A stretch of 64,000 bases of DNA from the IMG/VR virus record IMGVR_UViG_3300001201_000002, positions 1 through 64,000 of that record, one strand, 5' to 3'. Source of the stretch: a virus. This document shows, piece after piece, positions 1 through 8,330 of this stretch (positions within the stretch are counted from its first letter, which is position 1; every line of letters begins with the position of its first letter). The notes beneath the pieces are model-generated. The model saw only the letters and a program-made list of their open reading frames with translations. It had not been told where the DNA came from and did no database searches. Both the position numbers and the translations under genes were made by a program.

Positions 1-58
1 TCGAACCTGTAAACGACCGCTTCGTAGACGGGTGCTGTTCCAGTTCAGCTTCCGAAGC
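1..58 (-). tRNA. tRNA-Arg (anticodon ACG), truncated by window edge
   Basis: Reverse complement gives acceptor GCTTCGG, D arm GCTG/CAGC with GG in the loop, and an anticodon arm with 7-nt loop CTACGAA (ACG). The T arm start ACAGGTTCGA then runs off position 1. Confidence 0.6.
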
Positions 59-71
59 ACAAAGATGATTT

Positions 72-147
72 TGGTCAGGGCGGTAGGACTCGAACCTACG
101 ATCTCCGCATTCCAAATGCGGCACTTTACCAGCTAAGCTACGCCCTG
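72..147 (-). tRNA. tRNA-Pro (anticodon UGG), CCA encoded
   Basis: Reverse complement folds as a full cloverleaf: acceptor CAGGGCG/CGCCCTG, D stem GCTT/AAGT, anticodon stem CCGCA/TGCGG with loop TTTGGAA, T arm GTAGG-TTCGAGT-CCTAC, discriminator A plus CCA. Confidence 0.9.
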
Positions 148-692
148 ATAAAGAATTGAGATCGGGTTGAGGGATGTCCTTTATTCATCTTCTGCTCGAA
201 CCCGAAGGTGAGCACGACAGTACCCACCGCTTAAGACGGTTGATAAGGTCGCTGTAGGAGATGAGCTAAAGTTTTCATGGGGCGAGCTCTACAGCCTTAA
301 AACAGCCCCGTCAACCTGTTATTTGCAAAAACAGCCATATTCGACTGATCGCGCCGGGCAACCTTGCAAATCAGGAACAGAATTCCGAAAATACACGCTA
401 GAGCGCAACATCGTCCTATTTACGGGCCAGCGTAAGAACACCCGTCCTGGTTTGAACCAAGAAGAGGAACACCTGTTCTTCCTGGCTCGCTTGACAGGGT
501 TGACCCGAATTTCGTACACATTGCCTCCGGTTTATGACCGTCCAGGGAACTTGCTTGCCCGAAATATATCTATAATGGAATACGTTCACCCATGTTATAG
601 ATAGCCTTTTCTCGCTGAACTACAGCTCGAAAAGCTTTACTTCCGTATCCCTCAGTATCGCTGCGGAGCATCCGGGGATGTCCTTGCTCTGG

Positions 693-705
693 TATCCGGA
701 GGAGT
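693..705 (+). repeat. 13-nt direct repeat TATCCGGAGGAGT, copy 1, in ORF-free leader
   Basis: Identical 13-mer recurs at 855-867. A partial inverted copy (CCTCCGG) lies at about 524-530. Confidence 0.6.
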
Positions 706-854
706 AAAGAAGGGTTTTGTGTTTGTTTTAACAACTCAGGAGTTTAGCTTTCCTTTTTCTCTTCGGTTGTCATTTAGGACACTGCCTCGAAGCAAGCTTC
801 TCGTTGGTCCACATTCCTCCCTCATCGTAAAAGTAAACCGAAATCCTTCGTTAT

Positions 855-867
855 TATCCGGAGGAGT
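855..867 (+). repeat. 13-nt direct repeat TATCCGGAGGAGT, copy 2
   Basis: Identical to 693-705, 162 nt apart. Neither copy is followed by a credible ORF. Confidence 0.6.
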
Positions 868-1261
868 TATAACAAAATCGACTTATAACCATGTAGATCT
901 TTATATGATTGCCCGATCATAGCCTCGACTTATGGCCTGAAAATCATAAAATTTATATTTGAAAACATGATCTAACTACCGAACGTGGCAGTGGATTACA
1001 CTCCCCACCTACACACTCAGAATAGGACCCCCCGGTCTTTTACACCTGTGTCGTTATGTACCCCCATTGATTGGTACACACTGGGTGGCCAGCGTTGCTA
1101 CTGCTTCGCAGCTATTGGACTGTGTATGCAGTAACGGTAACGTAGATCTCTGCCATCATCATGATGTCTTAAAGCAGACGACTGATCGACCTAAGCCTGT
1201 ATGTGTGGACACACAGCATAGTCCTAAAACAAAATCCCATCTCAACCAAGGAGTTAAACCA

Positions 1262-1519
1262 ATGGCATCCATCTTCACATCACTCATCAACACCATCACT
1301 ACCACGTTGGACACAGTCACTGACGTCATGGGCGCAGGACAAGAAACTGTTTCTATGGGAACAGAATTCATCCACAACAGGGCCAAAGCACAGCAGATCA
1401 CAGATCGTGACTCAGTAGCAATGGCAACTACGTTAGAGCTAGAGAACATCCAAGCACAACTGGATGGTAACGAGAAACGTAAAGCTCTGTTCGAAACAAC
1501 TCGCAAGATGTTCGACTAA
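1262..1519 (+). CDS. hypothetical early protein (85 aa)
   Basis: ATG preceded by AGGAG. This is the first credible ORF after the leader. No recognisable motif. Confidence 0.6.
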   Translation: MASIFTSLINTITTTLDTVTDVMGAGQETVSMGTEFIHNRAKAQQITDRDSVAMATTLELENIQAQLDGNEKRKALFETTRKMFD

Positions 1520-1583
1520 ACAACGTCCATTCCACCTAAGGTGGTGTGGGCATATCCCTTAATCAAACCAAAGGACCAACACA

Positions 1584-1691
1584 ATGCTTACACCATCTAT
1601 CACCAACTTCATCTCAACTCACCCTGTTGAGTCCATGATCCTTGGAGCTCTCATTCTAATGGCAGCTCTGTGGGTATGGGAGAACATCTAA
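1584..1691 (+). CDS. small hydrophobic peptide (35 aa)
   Basis: ATG after AAGGA. One predicted TM stretch (MILGALILMAALWVW). Its stop overlaps the next start (TAATG). Confidence 0.45.
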   Translation: MLTPSITNFISTHPVESMILGALILMAALWVWENI

Positions 1692-1849
1692 TGCTTAGCT
1701 TAGGTGAACTCTCACAACTCATCGCAATGATTGAACGCCTCGGTCGTCCTGTGTCACAGCAGGACGCTGAGTTCCTCATCACTGCATCTCCTTCATCTCG
1801 CAACAGCTGGATGATCAATGAACTTCCAACCAATTGGAGCCAACTATGA
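1691..1849 (+). CDS. hypothetical protein (52 aa)
   Basis: TAATG coupling to the upstream ORF and ATGA coupling to the downstream ORF. Confidence 0.45.
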   Translation: MLSLGELSQLIAMIERLGRPVSQQDAEFLITASPSSRNSWMINELPTNWSQL

Positions 1850-2163
1850 ACCGCTTAAACACATTCTATGCTGCCACAGCATTCGCTCTGGTAGCTTCTC
1901 TTGGTACTGACACATCTGCTCAGAACCGCAACTGTGCAATCCATGATACTGTCGTAGAGCGCCTAGCTGACGCCTATGGTGAATCACGTACAGCCATCGC
2001 AATGAACTCTGACACATCAGTGTTGGAGATCTTTGCATCAGATGAGACTGGTACATGGACAATCACTGTAACCAAGGCTGGTGGACTTACCTGTATTGTA
2101 GCAGCTGGTGACAACTATCAGCATGTCGGTGAAGTTCTACCATCAACTGATGATGACGCATAG
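1846..2163 (+). CDS. hypothetical secreted protein (105 aa)
   Basis: N-terminal signal-peptide-like MNRLNTFYAATAFALVASLGTDTSAQ. ATGA overlap with the previous ORF. Confidence 0.6.
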   Translation: MNRLNTFYAATAFALVASLGTDTSAQNRNCAIHDTVVERLADAYGESRTAIAMNSDTSVLEIFASDETGTWTITVTKAGGLTCIVAAGDNYQHVGEVLPSTDDDA

Positions 2164-2166
2164 GTT

Positions 2167-2328
2167 ATGTGGAGCTTCCTTACATTCCTCGCTGTAGTGG
2201 TCATCTTGATCCGCTTTTGGCCTGTCACACTGCTAGTGTTAGGCTTCATTATCGCAACCGTATCACTGGTCATAGCTGCATTCGTAGCTGTGATCTGGTC
2301 CATCTTAGAGTGGGCCGTAAACCGATAG
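2167..2328 (+). CDS. small membrane protein (53 aa)
   Basis: Two hydrophobic helices (FLAVVVILIRFWPVTLLVLGFIIATVSLVIAAFVAVIW). Starts 3 nt after the previous stop. Confidence 0.5.
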   Translation: MWSFLTFLAVVVILIRFWPVTLLVLGFIIATVSLVIAAFVAVIWSILEWAVNR

Positions 2329-2354
2329 CGTAGCAATCAAGCTTCGCTTTTATT
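2328..2354 (+). terminator. hairpin plus T-run
   Basis: GCGTAGC-AATCAA-GCTTCGC (one T:T mismatch) followed by TTTTATT. Confidence 0.45.
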
Positions 2355-2406
2355 GGACAATCATGTCCTTCTGAAACCGTGAATCTCATGAAAGGATCAC
2401 AACACT

Positions 2407-2814
2407 ATGGCACTTACACGTCAAACTCGTCGCTCACTCATCAACGCTTCTGCTTCTAACGACCGTGAGGTCTCAGAATACGATGGTGTGTGGCTGAACA
2501 TCGGTATCAACGTCAAAGACGAAGACACTGGTGAGACCAACTTCATCCGTCTGCCTCTCGGCGTAGCCGTTGCTGACATCGCCAAGAAGAAGCGTACAAT
2601 CCACGCTAACACCTTGCGCGACAATCCCGAATATGCAGCTCGCGTTGCGTATGAGAATGAAATGATCGACCAGATCTGTGCTGCTGCATTGTCAATGGAA
2701 GCTGGTGAATCAATGCCAACTAACACTCTCGATGTTCAACTGTTCAAGAAGAACGAAGAAGTCGAAACAAGTGTCGAAGAAGGCACAAAGCCACAGTTCA
2801 GCCTGTTCGGCTAA
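2407..2814 (+). CDS. hypothetical early protein (135 aa), ends in ..FSLFG
   Basis: RBS AAAGGA upstream. Acidic C-terminal third. The C-terminal LFG resembles the tail of the SSB at 38093-38926. Confidence 0.7.
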   Translation: MALTRQTRRSLINASASNDREVSEYDGVWLNIGINVKDEDTGETNFIRLPLGVAVADIAKKKRTIHANTLRDNPEYAARVAYENEMIDQICAAALSMEAGESMPTNTLDVQLFKKNEEVETSVEEGTKPQFSLFG

Positions 2815-2893
2815 CACCCAACTTAGAGCGTCATTCCCTAACCGGAGTGGCGCTCGAAAGTTCAACTTAGATAGATACTGAGTTGATCTCTTC

Positions 2894-2913
2894 GACGCTT
2901 TGCGTCTTTTACC
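2894..2913 (+). terminator. 5-bp/3-nt-loop hairpin plus TTTTACC (terminator or hairpin promoter candidate)
   Basis: GACGC-TTT-GCGTC followed by TTTTACC. A similar hairpin plus TTTTACACC lies at 1024-1046. Confidence 0.35.
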
Positions 2914-3013
2914 GTGGGTTGTGCCTTTGGCCCATCAACTCGGTGTTCAACATCTGGAAACTAGAAGTTCAACTTTCGTGTTCAATCGACGGGACACGGA
3001 CTGGAGGCCAACT

Positions 3014-3214
3014 ATGGCGACGGAAGACCAGAATAAGCTATCAACAGTCAGATGTACCTTCTCAACTACTGAGGGTGCAACAGTTGGAAAGTTCTATAAA
3101 ACCAAGTGGTTAGGCCATTTGGGTATGCAGGGCGTAGAGACCAACAATGGCACCTTCACACCAATCAAACTCATCCATGCAGTCTATGAAGAGGACAATA
3201 CCAATGAATCATGA
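3014..3214 (+). CDS. hypothetical protein (66 aa)
   Basis: ATG after GGAGG. The longer upstream extension in the ORF track lacks an RBS. Confidence 0.5.
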   Translation: MATEDQNKLSTVRCTFSTTEGATVGKFYKTKWLGHLGMQGVETNNGTFTPIKLIHAVYEEDNTNES

Positions 3215-4004
3215 CGCCCAGAAAAACCTTGAAGAGACCTATTCGAAGTATCAGCTGATGCCGGTGCTTCGCTCTGAATTCGGAGAGATAGTCGAAGGTT
3301 TCGATGACCCAGACTGGGGCAAATTCGTCGTAGATGTGCTGTGTCAGATCTATCTGCATCGCCAAGCAGACGTCACCACAATGGTAGGTGTGCTGTATCC
3401 AGTCCATGGAGAAACACCTCAGATCGTGGCAGACAAATTGCTCGTTGCCGCGGAAGAAGACTACATCGACTTCGATGAGGATCGCCAACGTTTCAGCGTG
3501 ATCTATGACCTCACCGACGATGTCGTCTCGATGCTGGACAAATATCAGTATCCACTGCCGATGATCACACCTCCACTTCCTGTCAAATACAACAACCAGA
3601 CAGGATATGTGACCATCCACAACTCAGTCGTGCTGAACACAGCTGGCAGTGACTACTTCGACGACAAGGACATGTGCCTTGACCACCTGAACCGGGCGAA
3701 CTCTGTTCCGCTCACACTCGACGCTGATGTGATCAAATCACCTGAAGGTCGTTACTCCATGCCCAAGAGAAAATCGGGTGAGGACTTCAACGATTTCCAA
3801 AAACGCCTACGCCAGGCGACCATATTCTATGACACATCTCTCAAAGTCATGGATGAGGTGGCTCAGCTCTCCGATCAGATCTTCCTAACTCATAGGTTCG
3901 ATCGCCGCGGCAGATGCTATAGCTCTGGCTACCACATCAACACACAAGGCACAGACTACAACAAAGCTGTGCTTCAACTCGCAAACAAAGAGGTACTATC
4001 ATGA
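3204..4004 (+). CDS. T7-like RNA polymerase, N-terminal subunit (N4 RNAPII gp15-like, RNAP1)
   Basis: FLTHRFDRRGRCYSSGYHINTQGTDYNKAVLQLA matches the T7 RNAP DxxGR block (DWRGRVYAV..FNPQGNDMTKGLL). At 266 aa it is the size of N4 gp15. Confidence 0.85.
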   Translation: MNHDAQKNLEETYSKYQLMPVLRSEFGEIVEGFDDPDWGKFVVDVLCQIYLHRQADVTTMVGVLYPVHGETPQIVADKLLVAAEEDYIDFDEDRQRFSVIYDLTDDVVSMLDKYQYPLPMITPPLPVKYNNQTGYVTIHNSVVLNTAGSDYFDDKDMCLDHLNRANSVPLTLDADVIKSPEGRYSMPKRKSGEDFNDFQKRLRQATIFYDTSLKVMDEVAQLSDQIFLTHRFDRRGRCYSSGYHINTQGTDYNKAVLQLANKEVLS

Positions 4005-4153
4005 TTAGAGGAATTCTGGAGTGGATCTCCGCATTAATCGACGAGATATTTGTCTGGCTTGTCCGTGCTTTTGGCGCTTGTCTTGGTCTCAAACTGTTCT
4101 TCATGTTTGTTGGCTTCGGTGACCCAATCTTCCTAGAGATGCTAGGGTTATGA
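4001..4153 (+). CDS. small membrane protein (50 aa)
   Basis: ATGA overlap with RNAP1. Hydrophobic core FVWLVRAFGACLGLKLFFMFVGF. Confidence 0.45.
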   Translation: MIRGILEWISALIDEIFVWLVRAFGACLGLKLFFMFVGFGDPIFLEMLGL

Positions 4154-4314
4154 GCCGCAAGCGGTATCTCTACATGAACAAGTGGGGTGTCATCATGATT
4201 GATGGCGCCTCAGCTACAATCGAAGAGTTCTGCAGACTAACCAAGAACACAATCTTATCCATAGATACAGACGGAACTGTATCTGGATGTATCCATGAAT
4301 CAACGGAGAAATGA
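4150..4314 (+). CDS. hypothetical protein (54 aa)
   Basis: ATGA overlap with the previous ORF. Confidence 0.4.
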   Translation: MSRKRYLYMNKWGVIMIDGASATIEEFCRLTKNTILSIDTDGTVSGCIHESTEK

Positions 4315-4315
4315 A

Positions 4316-4705
4316 ATGCTAACCGGTCAACAAATCGAAGCCATGACAACTGAAGAACTGAACCAGTATGCCAGAAAAGAAAATGCCTGTGCGGCATTCA
4401 TGAATTCGTTGCTACCCTCAGGTGTCCAGCCTAGCACTGTGGCATCAACCATCCGCAAAGCTTTTCATAGTGGATGGGAGCAGCGCAAGATTGCTGAGTA
4501 TGAAGCCATGGCGGAAAATGGTGTCGAACCAGCACCCAATCTGGCTTACGTCACTGCGCTGGAAGAATTCATTGTGGAAAATACCTTCGGATCCACCACA
4601 GATGAGATCTACTCAAGCAACAAAGATGATGAGGTATTGGATGATCCTACAGGTCTGATCCTGACTCTCATCAAGAAGAAAGGCTGCAGTTATGCCCAAT
4701 CATAA
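4316..4705 (+). CDS. hypothetical protein (129 aa)
   Basis: ATG 1 nt after the previous stop, GGAGAA upstream. Confidence 0.6.
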   Translation: MLTGQQIEAMTTEELNQYARKENACAAFMNSLLPSGVQPSTVASTIRKAFHSGWEQRKIAEYEAMAENGVEPAPNLAYVTALEEFIVENTFGSTTDEIYSSNKDDEVLDDPTGLILTLIKKKGCSYAQS

Positions 4706-4946
4706 GTTCACTTTCGATGCTCGCCTCAATACCACCATTGAGGTGACTGTCGATGAACTGCTTGACGTCCGTCATGCTCACCCAAGAGCCAAAGAGATCT
4801 TTGAGCGCTTGGTTCTAACTGATCCTGTGACCGGGAAGACTTACGACTTGGACCTTGAAGATGGTCTGGTCGTACTCTCGATCGAAAATGACGACTCACC
4901 AACAGCAATCGAAAGGCTGAATGCAAATGACACTCAGACCCTGTAA
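4692..4946 (+). CDS. hypothetical protein (84 aa)
   Basis: Open frame with a 14-nt overlap on the previous ORF. Confidence 0.55.
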   Translation: MPNHKFTFDARLNTTIEVTVDELLDVRHAHPRAKEIFERLVLTDPVTGKTYDLDLEDGLVVLSIENDDSPTAIERLNANDTQTL

Positions 4947-4966
4947 CCACTGCGGAAGGACACACC

Positions 4967-5206
4967 ATGGGCCTATTGACGAAGACTGCGCAACGTTTGT
5001 TGCGGGGAAAATATCCGAGATTGCTCGCAACTTGGGTACTCCGAGAGGAAATAGAGGAGATGAACCAGACAGTGAAATACCTGTCGGAAGCGAACGACAC
5101 GATCGAGATAATCCTCGAAGCTAATGCTGGTCTAGCAGCCAGGCTCAACCAATCCCACGAATACACGAGATCGCTGATCTCCCAAATCCACGGAGAACTA
5201 CACTAA
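4967..5206 (+). CDS. hypothetical protein (79 aa)
   Basis: RBS GGAAGGA. TAATG coupling to the next ORF. Preferred over the overlapping frame 4921-5124. Confidence 0.5.
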   Translation: MGLLTKTAQRLLRGKYPRLLATWVLREEIEEMNQTVKYLSEANDTIEIILEANAGLAARLNQSHEYTRSLISQIHGELH

Positions 5207-5550
5207 TGGAAGACGCAACACTCAAAGCTGACATCATCCACGACATCGCAATGTATCGGAAACCACTGCCAACTCTGATCGAGATGGCTCTCGACATTGC
5301 GTATGACAACGACATGATCAACCGGGTTCGGCCGGAAAGCCTGTTCCTCACCAAGCTGGCCACATTGTTCAGTGAGCAGCCGATCGTCAGATTGTTATCT
5401 GTTGAGCACTTCTGCTTCAGCTTGTCCGAATCAGAACGCATGGTCATCACTTGTGGCGACCAACAAATGGCACGTGAGCTTGCTCGTGAATTCAGTGACG
5501 CTGGCCTGTTGACCGTATTCCTCAACGCTGTGTTCGAGATGGAACTATGA
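5206..5550 (+). CDS. hypothetical protein (114 aa)
   Basis: Coupled start and stop (TAATG, ATGA). Confidence 0.6.
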   Translation: MEDATLKADIIHDIAMYRKPLPTLIEMALDIAYDNDMINRVRPESLFLTKLATLFSEQPIVRLLSVEHFCFSLSESERMVITCGDQQMARELAREFSDAGLLTVFLNAVFEMEL

Positions 5551-5807
5551 CTGAGATCCCTCAACCAGTCATAGCTGTATCCTATGTCCTCAATTGGCTC
5601 ACCTTCGGGCCAAATGGGGCGACACTGTGCTCGCGGGCATACCACGCTGAACAAGAGGGCTACCGCTCAGGCAAGATCTTCCGTCCAATCTTGGACTGGA
5701 TCTTCAGCCCTCTCGAAACAACACACTGCAGAAAGGCCTACATCAAATGGAAACTGACAATCCTGAAAAACCAAAGATCATGCTCACAGACGGAGCCACA
5801 AGCATAG
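5547..5807 (+). CDS. hypothetical protein (86 aa)
   Basis: ATGA overlap with the previous ORF. Confidence 0.5.
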   Translation: MTEIPQPVIAVSYVLNWLTFGPNGATLCSRAYHAEQEGYRSGKIFRPILDWIFSPLETTHCRKAYIKWKLTILKNQRSCSQTEPQA

Positions 5808-6172
5808 CCAAACAGCTGCTGCACATGAACCTGTCCGATCTTGAAATCAAAATCCTTGCCGAAGACAGGAATTACAGTCCGTATATGCACGGCAGGCAAA
5901 TTGGCAAATCCATGCTTCAACAAAGACTCCACGAAGCAATGCTTGAAAGAATCACCGGAAACAAAATCGACTACGTCGTAATTGACGATGGTCCTTTCAA
6001 AATGGATCGGAGATACTTCCAGAAGTATTACATGCAGGATTGGTCAATTCCAGATTCTGACAACCGTGGTGACCATGATTGGAAGAGAACTGAGTTCAAA
6101 TCTGGACCTACAACTCCACCTTCTGAAGCCAAGCGTGCAAAGCTCAGAGTCAAACGAAAGAAGAAACGATGA
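5747..6172 (+). CDS. hypothetical protein (141 aa) with basic C-terminal tail
   Basis: Ends KRAKLRVKRKKKR. The start is uncertain (ATG 5747 or 5780). Confidence 0.55.
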   Translation: METDNPEKPKIMLTDGATSIAKQLLHMNLSDLEIKILAEDRNYSPYMHGRQIGKSMLQQRLHEAMLERITGNKIDYVVIDDGPFKMDRRYFQKYYMQDWSIPDSDNRGDHDWKRTEFKSGPTTPPSEAKRAKLRVKRKKKR

Positions 6173-6255
6173 CTATAGAGAAACTCTGGTTCGCTGCAGG
6201 AGTGATCGCTCTTTGTTATATCGTCCACTGGTTCGCATCCGGTGTGTCGATATGA
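6169..6255 (+). CDS. tiny membrane peptide (28 aa)
   Basis: ATGA overlaps at both ends. Sequence LWFAAGVIALCYIVHWFASGV. Confidence 0.3.
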   Translation: MTIEKLWFAAGVIALCYIVHWFASGVSI

Positions 6256-6392
6256 ACGTGGTCACGTACTACAGACGTGCCTGCCAAATGTATCCATATT
6301 TCAGCATGTGCCTCACATGTTGGACTGTGGGTCAACCTTGCCGGATCAGGAAGAAATCCCGTAAGTCCTTCAAATGTAAATGTAAAGGATAA
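6252..6392 (+). CDS. small Cys-rich basic protein (46 aa)
   Basis: ATGA coupled. Seven Cys residues, including CLTCW..C and KCKCKG. Confidence 0.35.
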   Translation: MNVVTYYRRACQMYPYFSMCLTCWTVGQPCRIRKKSRKSFKCKCKG

Positions 6393-6396
6393 ACCA

Positions 6397-6651
6397 ATGG
6401 CCCAGATTCTAACCGCAGGAATGACCGATGACGACCGTCGAGCCCAGCTCGAAATGATCACCGAAAATGATGTCAAGCACAACTTGTTCTCGCTAACTCA
6501 GGTATATTGTGCCAAAGATCTATGGCGTTGCAGTGCTGAGACTGCAGAGAAACGACTAAGAAATGGAAGGATGCCAAGTGCCCAAGCTATCTCTCGACAA
6601 CAAGAGCGTGATAATGGAATCGACAGATCGTGGAGTAAACGAGACCAGTGA
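6397..6651 (+). CDS. hypothetical protein (84 aa)
   Basis: ATG after AAAGGA. Confidence 0.5.
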   Translation: MAQILTAGMTDDDRRAQLEMITENDVKHNLFSLTQVYCAKDLWRCSAETAEKRLRNGRMPSAQAISRQQERDNGIDRSWSKRDQ

Positions 6652-6739
6652 GACAATCGCTGAGACAATGCTCAACAATCGTTATATCCTCGAAGAAGAA
6701 TTCGATGATGACGACTTCGATCTATCTTTCCTGAATTAA
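6614..6739 (+). CDS. small acidic protein (41 aa)
   Basis: Fills the gap before RNAP2. Sequence EEEFDDDDFDLSFLN. Weak evidence. Confidence 0.25.
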   Translation: MESTDRGVNETSETIAETMLNNRYILEEEFDDDDFDLSFLN

Positions 6740-6762
6740 AACACCACCAAGGAGCCTCCAAA

Positions 6763-7962
6763 ATGTTCACATCACTTACTGGAACTGAATACCTTAAAGC
6801 TGAAATCGCATGCAAACATGATAAAGCATTCGAGAAAGAAACATGGGAAGAACGACTAAACCATTTCGACTCTTTGGATCTTGATGATCCAATGACATTC
6901 AAGAAGGCCAGCAATCCAATTGGTCTTCGCGCAGCTGTCCATGCTCTCAATGAGGGATTAGCCGGCAAAGAGACTGGCTACATGATCTCACTGGATGCTT
7001 GTTCATCTGGTCTTCAGATCCTCTCGTTGTTGGTTTCCTGCCCGAAATCCTTCGCGCTCTGTGGTGGTAACTCGCAGCAGTGTGTGGACAGCTACACCAC
7101 AATCTACGACTCCATGAACCTTCACGGCGCACTGACTCGAAAGGAAGTCAAGAACGCAATCATGACGTCACTGTATGGCTCAGTGGCTATGCCTGAGATC
7201 ACCTTCGGAGACAACGTCGACCTGTTCTATGACACCATGGAAGAGATGGCACCAGGCGCATGGGACCTTAACCTCGGACTCCAAGAGCTCTGGGAGAAAG
7301 TTCCTGGCTCAACCTACAGCTGGACCATGCCAGACAACTTCCACGCTTGCATCGAAACCAAGGACAAAGAGATGCTCGACTTCAACTTCCTCGGTGAAAG
7401 TTATGCCCTGAAGGTCAAAGTCAACGGACGACCTGAGTTCCATAAAGGCTTGGGCCCGAACCTCATCCACTCAGTGGACGGTATGGTGGTACGTGAGATG
7501 TTCCGTCGTTGTATGTTCAATATCGAATCACGTGACCGTGTCATGTTGGCTCTATCAGCCCACTGGGGTGGTAAATCGACTAACCAACTTAAGACTGCAG
7601 ACGACCGAATGGTCAACTTACTGTGGGATCGTTACATCGAGACTGGCTTCCTGTCAGCTCGTATCCTTGACCATACCACACCTGCCAACATCGGACTTAC
7701 TGATGCTCAGGTGATCGACGATATGATCAACAGTCTGCCGGCAAAGCCATTCGACGTGGTCTCAGTCCATGACTGCTTCCGTGCTCATCCAAACTACGGT
7801 GATGATCTACGGCGCCAGTACAACACCATCTTGGCTGACATCAACGATTCCAAGCTGCTGGGTTACCTCTGCAGCCAAGTCACCAACTCACTTGTTCCAG
7901 TCAAGAAGATCGGTAAGATCAAGCGTGAGACAATCACAGAAGGGAACTATCTCCTCGCCTAA
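6763..7962 (+). CDS. T7-like RNA polymerase, catalytic C-terminal subunit (N4 RNAPII gp16-like, RNAP2)
   Basis: SLDACSSGLQILS corresponds to T7 motif A (DGSCSGIQHFS). KNAIMTSLYGS is motif B. VHDCFRAHP is motif C (HDSF). Confidence 0.9.
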   Translation: MFTSLTGTEYLKAEIACKHDKAFEKETWEERLNHFDSLDLDDPMTFKKASNPIGLRAAVHALNEGLAGKETGYMISLDACSSGLQILSLLVSCPKSFALCGGNSQQCVDSYTTIYDSMNLHGALTRKEVKNAIMTSLYGSVAMPEITFGDNVDLFYDTMEEMAPGAWDLNLGLQELWEKVPGSTYSWTMPDNFHACIETKDKEMLDFNFLGESYALKVKVNGRPEFHKGLGPNLIHSVDGMVVREMFRRCMFNIESRDRVMLALSAHWGGKSTNQLKTADDRMVNLLWDRYIETGFLSARILDHTTPANIGLTDAQVIDDMINSLPAKPFDVVSVHDCFRAHPNYGDDLRRQYNTILADINDSKLLGYLCSQVTNSLVPVKKIGKIKRETITEGNYLLA

Positions 7963-7968
7963 ACAAAT

Positions 7969-8005
7969 CCTCCTTGCACATCCCAGTGCAGGGAGGTAAT
8001 TTTTT
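7969..8005 (+). terminator. rho-independent terminator after RNAP2
   Basis: 11-bp stem CCTCCTTGCAC/GTGCAGGGAGG, loop ATCCCA, then TAATTTTTT. Confidence 0.8.
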
Positions 8006-8074
8006 CTCTATGAAATGCGAAAGGGGCTCCTCAATCAAGAGAAGCCCCACCACAATCAAACAAGGAGGAAACCG

Positions 8075-8281
8075 ATGGCCAATCCACAATCATCGACTCG
8101 CACAGAAAACCATTTTTACACCGACGATGCAAGCAAAATTATCTACTACGGACCAAATAGTCCTGATCAGGATCTCGGGCTAGTATTTCTAGGCAGCTCA
8201 GACAACCCTAAGCCGGCCTCGGCCGCCACTGCTATGTTAAAGGGACAGAAGGGCTGGAAGATCCGTAAACTAGAAGCATAA
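8075..8281 (+). CDS. hypothetical protein (68 aa)
   Basis: Strong RBS AAGGAGG 6 nt upstream of the ATG. Confidence 0.6.
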   Translation: MANPQSSTRTENHFYTDDASKIIYYGPNSPDQDLGLVFLGSSDNPKPASAATAMLKGQKGWKIRKLEA

Positions 8282-8330
8282 ACCTTCTGTTTTGGTTCCG
8301 CTATTCGCGGAGAGACATAGGGAAATTATC

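Noticed and set aside
181-260. Possible third tRNA on the minus strand. It has an anticodon-arm-like ACCG-TCTTAAG-CGGT (would read UUA) and a GGTTCGAGC T-loop-like element.
   Set aside because: No 5-bp T stem flanks the TTCGA, position 33 would be C, and no acceptor pairing could be found. At best it is a degraded tRNA remnant.
323-922. ORFs 323-604 (+), 319-519 (-) and 719-922 (+) in the leader.
   Set aside because: Non-ATG or unsupported starts. Composition is unlike the neighbouring genes (Arg/Ser/Leu-rich, typical of random frames). The region is better explained as the non-coding terminus and promoter leader.
4921-5124. 67-aa ORF with CxxC..C, overlapping 4692-4946 and 4967-5206.
   Set aside because: It conflicts with two better-supported frames that have an RBS and coupled starts. 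Its translation is Arg/Gly/Pro-rich and low complexity.
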